From an uncultured Eisenbergiella sp. (GTDB taxonomy: Bacteria; Bacillota; Clostridia; Lachnospirales; Lachnospiraceae), in assembly GCA_910585455.1 (NCBI GenBank), contig CAJUEL010000008.1:53955-117954 (forward strand): a DNA stretch of 64,000 nucleotides, in the 5' to 3' direction. The position numbers and the translations under genes were made by a program. A model generated the notes under the pieces. The model did no database searches. It was not told the origin of the DNA and saw only the letters and a program-made list of their open reading frames with translations. This document shows, one piece after another, positions 10,587 to 20,296 of this stretch; position 1 is the stretch's first letter, and every line of letters begins with the position of its first letter.

Positions 10587-13325
10587 ATGTTGGAAATGCT
10601 GGGTTTGAGGATTCTGGAAATGTCCTTTGAAGCGGTGATTGTGGCAGGAGCGGTGCTTTTGCTGCGCTTAGCGTTTCGGAGGCTTCCGAAGGGATATTCC
10701 TGCGTTTTATGGCTGCTTGTGTTGTTCCGTCTGCTGTGCCCGGTGACGGTGAACAGCAGCGTGAGCCTGATGCCGGACAGCGGTATCTGGCAGGAGGCGG
10801 ACGGCAGGAGGGCAGCAGGACGGGAAGTATATGGAGAGCAGGGGCTGCCGGGGCATGCGCCTGGGCTGGGAGCAATCAGCGCAGAACCCCAGCCGCAGGC
10901 GGCAGCGCAGCAGAAGGAATCAGATAGCGCCAAAACCATGCCCGCTGTAGGGCAGTCCGTCAGATCATGGCGGGAGGAGATATCCGATCGGATGACGGGA
11001 GCGATGCGGCATGCGTCGGCGTTCTGGCAAAGCAATGGTCAATGGCTGAGCCTGCTTTGGCTGATGGGAGCGCTGCTTTTGGCGGCGGCGCAATTGCTGC
11101 AGATTTTACGTTGGAAGAAAAGAATGGGGCTTTTTCGGAAAAGTGGGAAAAGCGGCGGGACAGAGCGAACGGAGGAAGGCTTTGGCAGGCTGCGTGTCGT
11201 CACGGTGGTAGAAAATGAACGGATAGAGGAGCCCTTTGTATACGGCATGATAAAGCCGGTGATCTGTCTGCCCGCCGGCATGGAGGAAAAGGAACGCGAC
11301 TATATCCTGTGCCACGAGCGCATGCATATCCGGCACCGGGATCCGCTGCTGCGTCTGCTCTGGCAGATTGCGCTTACGGTGCATTGGTTCAATCCGCTTG
11401 TGTGGCTTTCCGCCTTCCTCATGCGCAAGGATGCGGAAATGTTCTGTGACGAGAGCGTGATGAAGCGTTACGGGCAGGGCGCGCGGAAGGAATATGCGCT
11501 GACGCTTTTGCGCTTTTCCATGAAAAAAAGCGGCCTGTCTCTTCCGGTGGCATTCGGGGAAAGCGATACGGAGAGCCGGATCCATCACATTTTAAAGGTG
11601 AAAAAACCGGCGCTTGCCGCAAGCGTTCTGGCGGTTTGCGCGATTGTTCTGGCAGCGGTTTTTCTTTTAACCAACCCGGAAAAGACGGACGGTGAAAAGA
11701 GCCTGACAGGTGATGATACACAGGCAATCGCTTCCGGGGACGCAGAAGGCTCTATGGGAACGGAGAATCTGGCAGAGGGCGAAAGCGGGTCGGGAACGGA
11801 GTCGCAGGATGCGCCCCAAAACCGGGAGGAGGAACTGCTTTTAGCGGCACAGCGCTGGGCGGAGGCCTTTACGGCCAGAAACGGAGAGGCGATGCTTGCG
11901 TTGGTGGCGGATCCGGCGAGCATGGATATTTATAAGGAAGAGGGCGGCAGCTATGCGGTGGGCTGGTCTTCTCCGTGGCCCTGGAACGATGATTTTGAAA
12001 TCAATTATGCGCGGCAGCAGGATGAGGTGATCATTCACTATTATGCCAATACCTCGGACTGGTATGAGCTTCCCTGGAGACAGGTGGTGACATTTGTGTG
12101 GAGGGACGGCAGCTACCTGGTGCAGGATTGGGAGACGGAGGAGACCGCCATAGCCTCTGCCGGGGAATTTCTGGAGCGCCTGCACTATGAATCTGTCGAG
12201 GAGTATGGGTATTCCGGCAGCGGTTATCGTTTCCGGAACACGCCGCTGGACGCGTTTTATCGGGCGTCTGCCGGAGAGGAAACAAGAGCGGAATGGCTGA
12301 TGCAGCAGGAGGCGGACGGAATGCTGTATGATGCCTGGCTGCAGCCGGAAACCGCGGCGGCAACGCAGCTTTATCTGGATGGCGGGAGAGCGGTGGAGGT
12401 AGAAAGTCCCTGGACAGACAGAGTCTGCCTGCGCTGGGAATTCGCGGACGGCATGACCGATGTGATCTGTATGGGGCAGCCTTATGAAATGGAGGGGAAC
12501 AGCGTAAACCGCGCGGAAACACAGGCGTCCGGACTCTGGGTGGTGATGGACATTCTGGAGGAGGGCGTATATCGGCAGGAGCTGGAAAGCGGCAGGCTGC
12601 GCAGCCATTATCTGGAAAATCCGGGGGAGCTTACCTCCATTACCCGAAACGGGGCGGAGGGCATCATGGAGACCGGTCCGGATGAGACGGCAGTGGTACG
12701 GCTTTCGGAGACGGAAAACGGAAGCGTTGTGCTTTACGGTCTGGTGCAGGGAGAAAGCACGGAAGGGGTTTTGCTTTTGTCAGAGGGAAGATGCCAGTAT
12801 TTTGACTGGTATTATACCAGCCCCCGCATGGTCATGCCGAACCTGATTGCGCAGGATTTTGACGGGGACGGGCAGGAGGAGCTGGCGGTTATCCTTCTGG
12901 CATTCACAGGAACCGGCGTATCCGTAGAGGAGCTTGTCATGCTGGAAAGACAGAACGATGGTCTTTGGGCTGAAAGAAGATACACGGAATACATGGAGCA
13001 GATCGGGGCAGATATTGTATGGAATTATGAGGAAGCCGGACATCGTATTTCGGTTACGGAAGCCGGAACGGGAAGAATGATCGGGGAAATGGATATGGCA
13101 GAGCTGTTTGAGGAGGACAGCGTATATGAGGCTGTGAGCATTGGCGATATCGTGACCTTTGTGCCGGAGGAAAACGAGATGTATGTGCAGCTTTTGACAG
13201 GCGTGCGGATGCAGGGAGAAGCGGTCGGGCAATATGGCAGCTATGCGCTGCGGGCGCGGGTGCGCTATGACGGAGAAAAATTTTCTCTGGAGGACTATGA
13301 GCTCATCAGGCTGGAAGCGATATAG
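10587..13325 (+). CDS. BlaR1-like M56 family membrane metallopeptidase with large C-terminal extracellular region
   Basis: HERMH zinc motif, HWFNPLVW, EMFCDE; follows blaI. Confidence 0.88.
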   Translation: MLEMLGLRILEMSFEAVIVAGAVLLLRLAFRRLPKGYSCVLWLLVLFRLLCPVTVNSSVSLMPDSGIWQEADGRRAAGREVYGEQGLPGHAPGLGAISAEPQPQAAAQQKESDSAKTMPAVGQSVRSWREEISDRMTGAMRHASAFWQSNGQWLSLLWLMGALLLAAAQLLQILRWKKRMGLFRKSGKSGGTERTEEGFGRLRVVTVVENERIEEPFVYGMIKPVICLPAGMEEKERDYILCHERMHIRHRDPLLRLLWQIALTVHWFNPLVWLSAFLMRKDAEMFCDESVMKRYGQGARKEYALTLLRFSMKKSGLSLPVAFGESDTESRIHHILKVKKPALAASVLAVCAIVLAAVFLLTNPEKTDGEKSLTGDDTQAIASGDAEGSMGTENLAEGESGSGTESQDAPQNREEELLLAAQRWAEAFTARNGEAMLALVADPASMDIYKEEGGSYAVGWSSPWPWNDDFEINYARQQDEVIIHYYANTSDWYELPWRQVVTFVWRDGSYLVQDWETEETAIASAGEFLERLHYESVEEYGYSGSGYRFRNTPLDAFYRASAGEETRAEWLMQQEADGMLYDAWLQPETAAATQLYLDGGRAVEVESPWTDRVCLRWEFADGMTDVICMGQPYEMEGNSVNRAETQASGLWVVMDILEEGVYRQELESGRLRSHYLENPGELTSITRNGAEGIMETGPDETAVVRLSETENGSVVLYGLVQGESTEGVLLLSEGRCQYFDWYYTSPRMVMPNLIAQDFDGDGQEELAVILLAFTGTGVSVEELVMLERQNDGLWAERRYTEYMEQIGADIVWNYEEAGHRISVTEAGTGRMIGEMDMAELFEEDSVYEAVSIGDIVTFVPEENEMYVQLLTGVRMQGEAVGQYGSYALRARVRYDGEKFSLEDYELIRLEAI

Positions 13326-13328
13326 CGC

Positions 13329-14360
13329 TTACGGCAGATGACCGGAACAGATAAATCCGGCTACCGTTTCCGCGATGACGCCCGTGTCATCCTGCAGAGT
13401 GATGTCTGTGCCGGGCGCAACGAGAAGACCGACCGGAGCGGCGACTGTCCATTCCTTCTGAATGATGGTATCTCCTGAATCCGCCCAAAGCTCTCCCGTG
13501 GAAAATTCCAGCAGGATATCGCTTCCGCCCGGAAATTTCTGAAAGAGAATGCCGACGGTAGGGGTTTTGGGGCGCAGGCAATATAGTCCCTCATCAACCT
13601 TACATTTTTCCAGAGGGATATAGGAGTAATTTTCAAACAATGTTACATACGGGGTCGTGGCAGAAGGCATGCCGGTGACGGGCTTGCCCTGGGCGACTCC
13701 GTTTTCGATGACAGAGCGGAGCGTTTCGAAGTAGAGCCAGTGTCCTTCCGCGTTCGGATGGGTTCCGTCCGGCGTGAGCTGTTCAAAGGGAATGCCGGAA
13801 AGCGCGAAAGCGCTGATGGTATCGGCAACATCCGCATGGTAGACCTCGGACAGGCGGAGGATTTCCAGCATCTTTTCCGTATAGATCTGCTGGGTGCTTT
13901 CCAGAATCGTGATGAACTGACAGGAGGGATTCTGCCTTTTCACGCTGCGGAGCATGCCTTCGTAATAAAGTCCAAAGTTTGCAGTCTCGTCATTTTGCCC
14001 ATAGCAGATGATGACCAGATCATATTGTCCGTTTTTCCGGATTTTCTGGCGCATGGCGGTTTCGCTCTGATAATAGCCGGTATAGCTGGAGGTGCCTCCC
14101 ACTGCATAGCTGTCCATCGTGATCCGGGAAGGATATTCGTTGTGCAGCCAGTCAAAAAGCAGCGTATTCCAGGACTGGTTCGGCTCAACGCCGGTCTTGT
14201 CCGCGATGCTGTCGCCCAGAACGGCGATGCGGACCGGCAGACCGCTGTTTAACTTTTGATAGGCGGAGACAGCGCCGCTGCCCGCCGCCTGTGCCGCTGT
14301 GGGAAAAAGCAGAAACAGGGTGGCAAGCAGAGCGATTCCGTATAAAAATCTTTTTCTCAT
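13329..14360 (-). CDS. Secreted SGNH/GDSL hydrolase
   Basis: Signal peptide, VLGDSI, YGQND, DGTHPN. Confidence 0.85.
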   Translation of the reverse strand: MRKRFLYGIALLATLFLLFPTAAQAAGSGAVSAYQKLNSGLPVRIAVLGDSIADKTGVEPNQSWNTLLFDWLHNEYPSRITMDSYAVGGTSSYTGYYQSETAMRQKIRKNGQYDLVIICYGQNDETANFGLYYEGMLRSVKRQNPSCQFITILESTQQIYTEKMLEILRLSEVYHADVADTISAFALSGIPFEQLTPDGTHPNAEGHWLYFETLRSVIENGVAQGKPVTGMPSATTPYVTLFENYSYIPLEKCKVDEGLYCLRPKTPTVGILFQKFPGGSDILLEFSTGELWADSGDTIIQKEWTVAAPVGLLVAPGTDITLQDDTGVIAETVAGFICSGHLP

Positions 14361-14439
14361 TGGTTCTTTCTCCTGTGGCAGCATACCGGATTTCTGACGT
14401 GGTATAGGAAACGACAATCTTTTTGTCGTTTACTATAGT

Positions 14440-15537
14440 TTACTGTAAGTATGCTTTTAACAGCCCAAATGTATTTTCCACACCCTTTTTGTGGCTGCGC
14501 TCATAGCCGTGGGAGGCGTAAACGCCGGAGCCAATCAGCCCGTGTCTGCAGTCATAGCCCGCCCGCAGGCTGGCGTCCGCATCGGAGCCGTAATGGGGAT
14601 ATACATCCACCGCATAATCCAGCTTCGCCGATTGGGCGGCACGGATCAGGGCGGAAACCACATCATAGTGGTAGGGACCGTGGGAATCCTTGGCGCAAAT
14701 GGAAACCTGGATTTCCTTGCAGAAAAGTCCGTCGCCGACGCAGCCCATATCCACGGCAAGCAGCTCCGTCACATCTGCCGGAACGGAAGCGGAGCCGCCA
14801 TGCCCGACTTCTTCAAACACGGTAATGTGCTGATAGATCTTCCGGGAGGGAGAAAGATTATTTTCTTTGAGGTATCTGGCATAGCCCAACAAAATGCCGA
14901 CGCTGAGCTTATCGTCCAGAAAACGGCTCTTGATATAACCGGATTCGGTAATAACCGTACGGGGATCGAAGCATACCACGTCGCCCGGAAGAATGCCCAG
15001 AGCGAGCGCATCCTCTTTTTTCTCCACGATTTCATCCAACACAACCTCCATGGCTTCATAGCTGCGGGCAGTTTCATTATACTTGCCGTTGACATGCACG
15101 GAGGCGTTTTTTAACTGGAAGACGCCGCTGTAAACCCTGCCGTCGCGGGTATATATGCGGCAGTTTTCCGTTTCTCCATTGTTAGGGCTCATGCCGCCTA
15201 AGGGAGATAAAGACAGTCTGCCCTTGTCGGAAATGCCGCAGACCATCGCGCCCAGCGTATCCATGTGCGCCTGCAGCATGATCGCGCCAGTTTCGGGAGA
15301 AACAGCGCCGGAATCGGCAGGGGTGACAGCCTGGTTTTGAGAGGGATTGCCTTTTGCAGTAGCGCCGTCGTTTATGCAGACGAAAACGCCGCCCTTATTG
15401 GTCAGGCGGGGTTCGTACCCCATTTTCCGGTATTCCTCCATCACATATTCCGCCGCCCGCTGGGTAAAGCCGGTGGGGCTGTCAATGGCGAGAAGGTTCT
15501 GGGTCTGCTCCAGAATATAAGTGATATAGTCGTTCAT
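14440..15537 (-). CDS. M42 family aminopeptidase
   Basis: IDSPTG, AHMDTLG, SRFLDDK, EEVGHG, ASHGYER. Confidence 0.92.
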   Translation of the reverse strand: MNDYITYILEQTQNLLAIDSPTGFTQRAAEYVMEEYRKMGYEPRLTNKGGVFVCINDGATAKGNPSQNQAVTPADSGAVSPETGAIMLQAHMDTLGAMVCGISDKGRLSLSPLGGMSPNNGETENCRIYTRDGRVYSGVFQLKNASVHVNGKYNETARSYEAMEVVLDEIVEKKEDALALGILPGDVVCFDPRTVITESGYIKSRFLDDKLSVGILLGYARYLKENNLSPSRKIYQHITVFEEVGHGGSASVPADVTELLAVDMGCVGDGLFCKEIQVSICAKDSHGPYHYDVVSALIRAAQSAKLDYAVDVYPHYGSDADASLRAGYDCRHGLIGSGVYASHGYERSHKKGVENTFGLLKAYLQ

Positions 15538-15572
15538 TTCGGTACTCCTTTCATTTCTGGCGAAGATATGTT

Positions 15573-15808
15573 GGCCGCATTACAGTTTACAGAGAAAAGA
15601 TCGCCGGGAGGGACAGAAGGAATGGCAGGCGGAGGGAACAGGGAATGCAGGCATGGGAGGGGCGGGCACAGGGACATGGCTTTTTCAGGGCTATATCCAA
15701 AACGGGAAATTCCACCCGATTCCCTGCCCATTCCTTCTGTCCCTCCCGGCCAGGTTACCGTTCACTCCGTGACCAGTAACCTGGCTATTCACGAACTGTA
15801 ACGTGGCC
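15573..15808. repeat. Internally deleted copy of the long hairpin element
   Basis: 23-bp perfect arms 15603-15625/15728-15750, remnant ATATCCAAAACGGGAAATTCCAC, termini TTACAGTT/AACTGTAAC like copy at 44299. Confidence 0.6.
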
Positions 15809-15817
15809 GGCAATGCC

Positions 15818-15846
15818 TTGACATTTGTAAAAATTCTCCGTATAAT
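15818..15846 (+). promoter_or_regulatory. Consensus sigma-A promoter (+)
   Basis: TTGACA-17-TATAAT. Confidence 0.75.
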
Positions 15847-15892
15847 CAGTTCATGCGCAATATTTTTATAAAAAGATACGGGAGGTGTGTAT

Positions 15893-15967
15893 ATGATGGC
15901 GACAGCATCATATAACAAACCTCTTTTGTATTATAATATCTTTTTGGGGTTTGTACAAGTTAAATGA
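15893..15967 (+). CDS. Candidate 24-aa small ORF (MMATASYNKPLLYYNIFLGFVQVK)
   Basis: GGGAGGTG RBS just upstream of the ATG, downstream of a consensus promoter; RBS and start lie in a hairpin. Confidence 0.3.
   Translation: MMATASYNKPLLYYNIFLGFVQVK
15930..15958 (-). promoter_or_regulatory. Sigma-A promoter (-), facing the 15818 promoter
   Basis: TTGTAC-17-TATAAT on minus strand. Confidence 0.6.
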
Positions 15968-16094
15968 TTGTGATGTCTATAGCAAACGGCAAAAAGATTG
16001 TCGCTTATTATACTTTTTGCGGGGTGGAGAGAATGTCGTTTCCCCTGTGTCCGCCGCCAGGCTGAATGACATTATATGAAAGGAAAAGGCAGCG

Positions 16095-16850
16095 GTGAAG
16101 AAGCAGATTGTTTTGAATGGAATTTCGGTTTCTTATGAATTGGAATATAAAAATGTAAAGCGCATCAATCTGCGCGTTCACAGGGATGGACGCGTATGTG
16201 TTTCCGCCAGCCGCTTTGTAGGGCAGAAGCAGATCGATGCATTTCTTGAGCAGAACGGTATGTTTATCCTGCGCGCGCTGGACAAATTTCAGAAAATGCG
16301 GGAAGCAGGCGACGGTATGTCCGCGGGAAAGGATCGGCAGTATGCGGACGGAGACATACTTTATCTGCGGGGGAAGCCCTGCAGACTGCGGGTGATCGCC
16401 GGAGCCAGGGAATCCGTGGAGGAAATTGGCGCGGTCCTGCTGGTGGAGCAAAAGGATGTTACTGACGAAGCGCGCCGGAAGCGGATGGTGGAGAAATTCC
16501 TGACAGATCGTTGCAGGGAAGAAATCGAAGCGCTTTGTCACAGGGTGTACCCGTCCTTCGAAGGGCTTGGCGTGTCCTGGCCGCAGATCCGGATCAGGAG
16601 CATGGTATCCCGCTGGGGAAGCTGTCAGCCCTCCAAAGGGGTGCTGACCTTCGCGCGGCAGCTGATCGAGGCGCCCGAAAGCTGCATGGAATATGTGGTG
16701 GTGCATGAATTCTCCCATTTTATCCATCCGGACCATTCTCCCCGGTTTCACGCTTTTATGACGGAAATGATGCCGGACTGGAAAGCGAGGCGGGATATGC
16801 TGAACCATAGGGGATGGATTGCGGAAGGACAAACAGAAAAACAAATATAA
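16095..16850 (+). CDS. YgjP-like (DUF45) metallopeptidase-fold protein
   Basis: MVSRWGSC, YVVVHEFSH..HPDHSPRF; GTG start. Confidence 0.88.
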   Translation: MKKQIVLNGISVSYELEYKNVKRINLRVHRDGRVCVSASRFVGQKQIDAFLEQNGMFILRALDKFQKMREAGDGMSAGKDRQYADGDILYLRGKPCRLRVIAGARESVEEIGAVLLVEQKDVTDEARRKRMVEKFLTDRCREEIEALCHRVYPSFEGLGVSWPQIRIRSMVSRWGSCQPSKGVLTFARQLIEAPESCMEYVVVHEFSHFIHPDHSPRFHAFMTEMMPDWKARRDMLNHRGWIAEGQTEKQI

Positions 16851-16871
16851 TAAGTTTGCATTTATACGCAG

Positions 16872-17693
16872 TCAGGCCTGCTTTAGCCCTTCGGCAACCT
16901 CCTTCACGCTGTCAAAAATCCATGTGGGTTTGACAGTACCGTCTTCAATATCCTGCAGGGTTGCTTCGCCGGACAGCACGCAGATCGTGTCCACGCCCGC
17001 ATTTTTGCCGGTGGCGATGTCGGTGTAGAGACGGTCGCCCACAATGACAGTATCCTCTGCCCTTATGGAAAGCTTTTTTAACACGCATTGTACCATGATC
17101 GGTTCCGGCTTTCCGATGAAAAAGGGCGTTTTGCCGGTGGCGTTTTTTAACATGATGCTCATGGAACCGCAATCAGGAATGTAGCCGAAGCTGACCGGGC
17201 AGACCAGATCCGGATTGGTCGCCAGATAAGCCACATCGCGACCCAGCATGATGCAGGTGTTGCGGATTTTTTCCGAGGTGTTTTCCGTATCAAAGCCGAT
17301 GAGCACAACGGTCGCGCTGTCATCCACCTCAGTGACGACGGGGATGCCGGATTCGGACAGCTCCCGCACCAGGGAGCGGGTTCCCATGCAGTACACGGTC
17401 TGTCCGGGATAGTTCTCCTTCAGATAAAAAGCGGTTGCCTGACTGGACGTAAAAAAGTGAGAAGCGTCCGCGCAAATGCCCATGGCATTTACCTTTTTCA
17501 CATAGTCCTCTACGGATTTGGAGGAATTGTTTGTGATGAACATATAGCGTCCGCCGTTTTTCTCGATCTGCGCCAGAAAATCCAGCGTGCCCTCAAAAAT
17601 CTGATCCTCGTTATAAATGGTGCCGTCCATATCCAGAAGATAAAGCTTTTTGGAAAGGAGGGCGTCAGCATTTTTTTCAAACTTATCGGTCAT
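16872..17693 (-). CDS. HAD-IIA family hydrolase (NagD-like)
   Basis: DMDGT, ITNNS, ATNPD, IGKP, VGDRLYTDI. Confidence 0.92.
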   Translation of the reverse strand: MTDKFEKNADALLSKKLYLLDMDGTIYNEDQIFEGTLDFLAQIEKNGGRYMFITNNSSKSVEDYVKKVNAMGICADASHFFTSSQATAFYLKENYPGQTVYCMGTRSLVRELSESGIPVVTEVDDSATVVLIGFDTENTSEKIRNTCIMLGRDVAYLATNPDLVCPVSFGYIPDCGSMSIMLKNATGKTPFFIGKPEPIMVQCVLKKLSIRAEDTVIVGDRLYTDIATGKNAGVDTICVLSGEATLQDIEDGTVKPTWIFDSVKEVAEGLKQA

Positions 17694-17721
17694 GGTTTGC
17701 AATCTCCCCAAATGTTCTGTG

Positions 17722-18642
17722 TCAGGGCAGCCTGTGCCCGGCTGACAAATAGAGCCGATACCACTCCTCACGGCTTAAGGTAATATCGGCAGCCTGGAAA
17801 ATTTCCTGCAGTCTGGAAAGCTTCGTCGTGCCCGCAATGAGCTGCATCTTTGCCGGATGGCGCAGAATCCATGCCGCAGCGATGGTAGTTTTGGTCACAT
17901 TGTATTGATCTGCCAGCTCGCCAAGCACCTGATTCAGCCTGGGAAACTTCTCATTGTCGATGAAAACGCCCTCAAAAAAGCCATACTGGAAGGGGGACCA
18001 GGTCTGAATCGTGATATCGTTTAACCGGCAGAAATCCAATACGCTGTCATCCCGGTCCGCAGCTCCTTCCGTGACCATATTGACCTCCATACCGCTCTGA
18101 ATCATGGGAGCGTGGGTGACGGAGAGCTGCAGCTGATTCGTCACAAGGGGCTGCCGGACATACTTTTGTAAAAGCCTGATCTGGGCGGATTTGTGATTCG
18201 ACACGCCGAAAAAGCGGACCTTGCCGGAAGCATGCAGGGCATCAAAGGCCTCCGCAACCTCCTCCGGTTCCATCAGCGCGTCGGGACGGTGCAACACCAG
18301 CACATCCAGATAATCCGTTTTCAGGCGGCTTAAAATACCATCCACGGAGGAAAGAATATGCTCTTTGGAAAAGTCGTACATTTTGCCGGAAACGATGCCG
18401 CATTTGGACTGCAAAATCATCTTCTCCCGGACAGAAGGAGACATGTGGATAGCCTCTGCGAAAAAGCTTTCGCATGCGCCGCCGCCGTAAATATCGGCAT
18501 GATCAAAAAAATTGCAGCCGCTCTCCAACGCCGCATGAATGAGGACCTCCGCCTCCTTTTGAGAAATGCCGTTTATGCGCATGCACCCAAGCGCGATCGC
18601 AGGAACGGACAACCCGCTGGTTCCAAAGGGAATGACTTTCAT
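17722..18642 (-). CDS. Aldo/keto reductase (YdhF-like)
   Basis: LGCMR, FFDHADIYG, QSKCGI, LHRPD, GVSN. Confidence 0.92.
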   Translation of the reverse strand: MKVIPFGTSGLSVPAIALGCMRINGISQKEAEVLIHAALESGCNFFDHADIYGGGACESFFAEAIHMSPSVREKMILQSKCGIVSGKMYDFSKEHILSSVDGILSRLKTDYLDVLVLHRPDALMEPEEVAEAFDALHASGKVRFFGVSNHKSAQIRLLQKYVRQPLVTNQLQLSVTHAPMIQSGMEVNMVTEGAADRDDSVLDFCRLNDITIQTWSPFQYGFFEGVFIDNEKFPRLNQVLGELADQYNVTKTTIAAAWILRHPAKMQLIAGTTKLSRLQEIFQAADITLSREEWYRLYLSAGHRLP

Positions 18643-18801
18643 AATAATTTCCTCCATTCAATTGTGCTGCGAATCCCTTGTATAAAAGCAGCACCCATGC
18701 CCCTATTCTAACAAAAAAAGACATACGGCACAAGACAAAAGAAATTATTTGGCCGTTTTATTTAATAGTAATTTTATGCCAGGTGCTGCAGCTCATGAAC
18801 A

Positions 18802-19077
18802 GGGAAGTCCGGAAGGGACAGCGGGCAAGCGGGAACATGGCGGCGGGGAAAGGCGGTTTCCGGTTGCTTTATCCGGAGCGGAGAAATTCCCAAATCGGAC
18901 AGGATATTCCTGTCACAGGGCGCAATACTGTCTGAACGAAGTGAGTTGGTTGTGCCCTGTGACGTTTAGGAATATCCTGTCCGATTTGTGGAATTTCCCG
19001 CTCCGGATATCGCGACTGGAAACCGCCTTTCCCCGCCGCCATGTTCCCGCTTGCCCGCTGTCCCTTCCGGACTTCCC
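18802..19077. repeat. Long hairpin/palindromic element, copy A
   Basis: ~125-bp near-perfect arms around CAGGGCGCAA-TACTGTCTGAACGAAGTGAGTTGG-TTGTGCCCTG. Confidence 0.9.
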
Positions 19078-19091
19078 GTCCGGTGACCGCC

Positions 19092-19859
19092 TCACAGCAG
19101 CTTCATAACCATCATCGCCGCGCCGAGGATGGCGAGGACGATGCCCGTCATGCGGTTTAAGGTTTTGGCTTCCGCCTGATTGGCAATCCTCGCAGCGACC
19201 TGCGCGCCCACAAGCGTCGCGACAACGCAGATGAAAAAGGCAGCAGGATCAGGCAGCCCGCCGATTGCAAAGTGAGAGGCAGCGCCTGTGAATGCGGTAA
19301 AGCTCATGATAAATACGCTGGTGCCCACTGCGGTTTTCAGCTCATAGCCCAAAACGCTTGTAAGGATCAGGAGCATCATCATGCCGCCGCCCGCGCCGAT
19401 GAACCCGCAGATAAATCCGATGACAATGCCGGAGAGGATCGACTGGATAAATTTCTGCCGGGCGGTTTTGCCCTCCTGTACCTCCTTGGTAGTCATGACC
19501 GGTTTGACGATGAATTTTACGCCGAGCAAAAAGGTCATGAATACAGACATGTTGCCCATGGCGGCGCCGGGCACCTTGGAGGCGATGAAGCTTCCGAACA
19601 GGGTAAAAATCAGGACGGTGACGAGCATGACAAGCCCGTTTTTCACATCCAGATTTTTGTTTTTGCCGTAAGTCCAGGCGCTGATCGCGGAGGCGAGAAC
19701 GTCTGAGGCGAGAGCGATGCCCACCGCCTCATAGGGCTCGAATCCGAGAAAGGTGATGAGCATGGGTGAAATGACCGCCGCAGCGGAAAGTCCGGCGAAG
19801 CCGGTGCCGATGCCCGCCCCCAGGCCGGCGATGATACAGACGATTAATTTTGTCAGCAT
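19092..19859 (-). CDS. TauE/SafE family membrane protein
   Basis: GFIGAGGG, KTAVGTS, 8 TM pattern. Confidence 0.88.
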   Translation of the reverse strand: MLTKLIVCIIAGLGAGIGTGFAGLSAAAVISPMLITFLGFEPYEAVGIALASDVLASAISAWTYGKNKNLDVKNGLVMLVTVLIFTLFGSFIASKVPGAAMGNMSVFMTFLLGVKFIVKPVMTTKEVQEGKTARQKFIQSILSGIVIGFICGFIGAGGGMMMLLILTSVLGYELKTAVGTSVFIMSFTAFTGAASHFAIGGLPDPAAFFICVVATLVGAQVAARIANQAEAKTLNRMTGIVLAILGAAMMVMKLL

Positions 19860-20296
19860 TGTTCGAGAGTCTCCTTCATATTATGAATCAGTTTTTTCGT
19901 CAGTGTGTCCAGCATATCGCGCTCCTCCTGTGAAAAGTTCCGGAAAATGTCAAGAAAAAATTCTTCCTGGGCAGCCTGCGCGCTTTCCACGACATCCTTT
20001 GCGGCTGGGAGGATGAAAAGATGCAGAATGCGCCGGTCCTTATCATCCTCCTTACTGGTCAGAAGTCCCTGCCGGGTCAGTGAATCGACAGCTTTGGAGA
20101 TGCAGGATTTTGGCAGCATGCGCATCTCGGAAATGTCCTTCGCTGTGTTATAGTCTGGATTATTCGCCAGAAAAAGAAGAATATTAACCTCGGCAGAGGT
20201 GAGCTTACAATGGCTTGCAGTGGCTCCTATTTTTTTTTCGTATAAACGCTTGAACTGACTGCCGGTGAGCAGGGCTTCAGTCGGAAACAGCAGCAT
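19853..20296 (-). CDS. MarR family regulator
   Basis: ISKAVDSL..QG, DDKDRR; overlaps ftsH stop. Confidence 0.88.
   Translation of the reverse strand: MLLFPTEALLTGSQFKRLYEKKIGATASHCKLTSAEVNILLFLANNPDYNTAKDISEMRMLPKSCISKAVDSLTRQGLLTSKEDDKDRRILHLFILPAAKDVVESAQAAQEEFFLDIFRNFSQEERDMLDTLTKKLIHNMKETLEQC

Noticed and set aside
18678..19108. ORFs spanning the long hairpin elements (also 43519-43884, 44115-44747)
   Set aside because: They arise from GC-rich palindromes; no RBS or recognisable domain; one overlaps the tRNA
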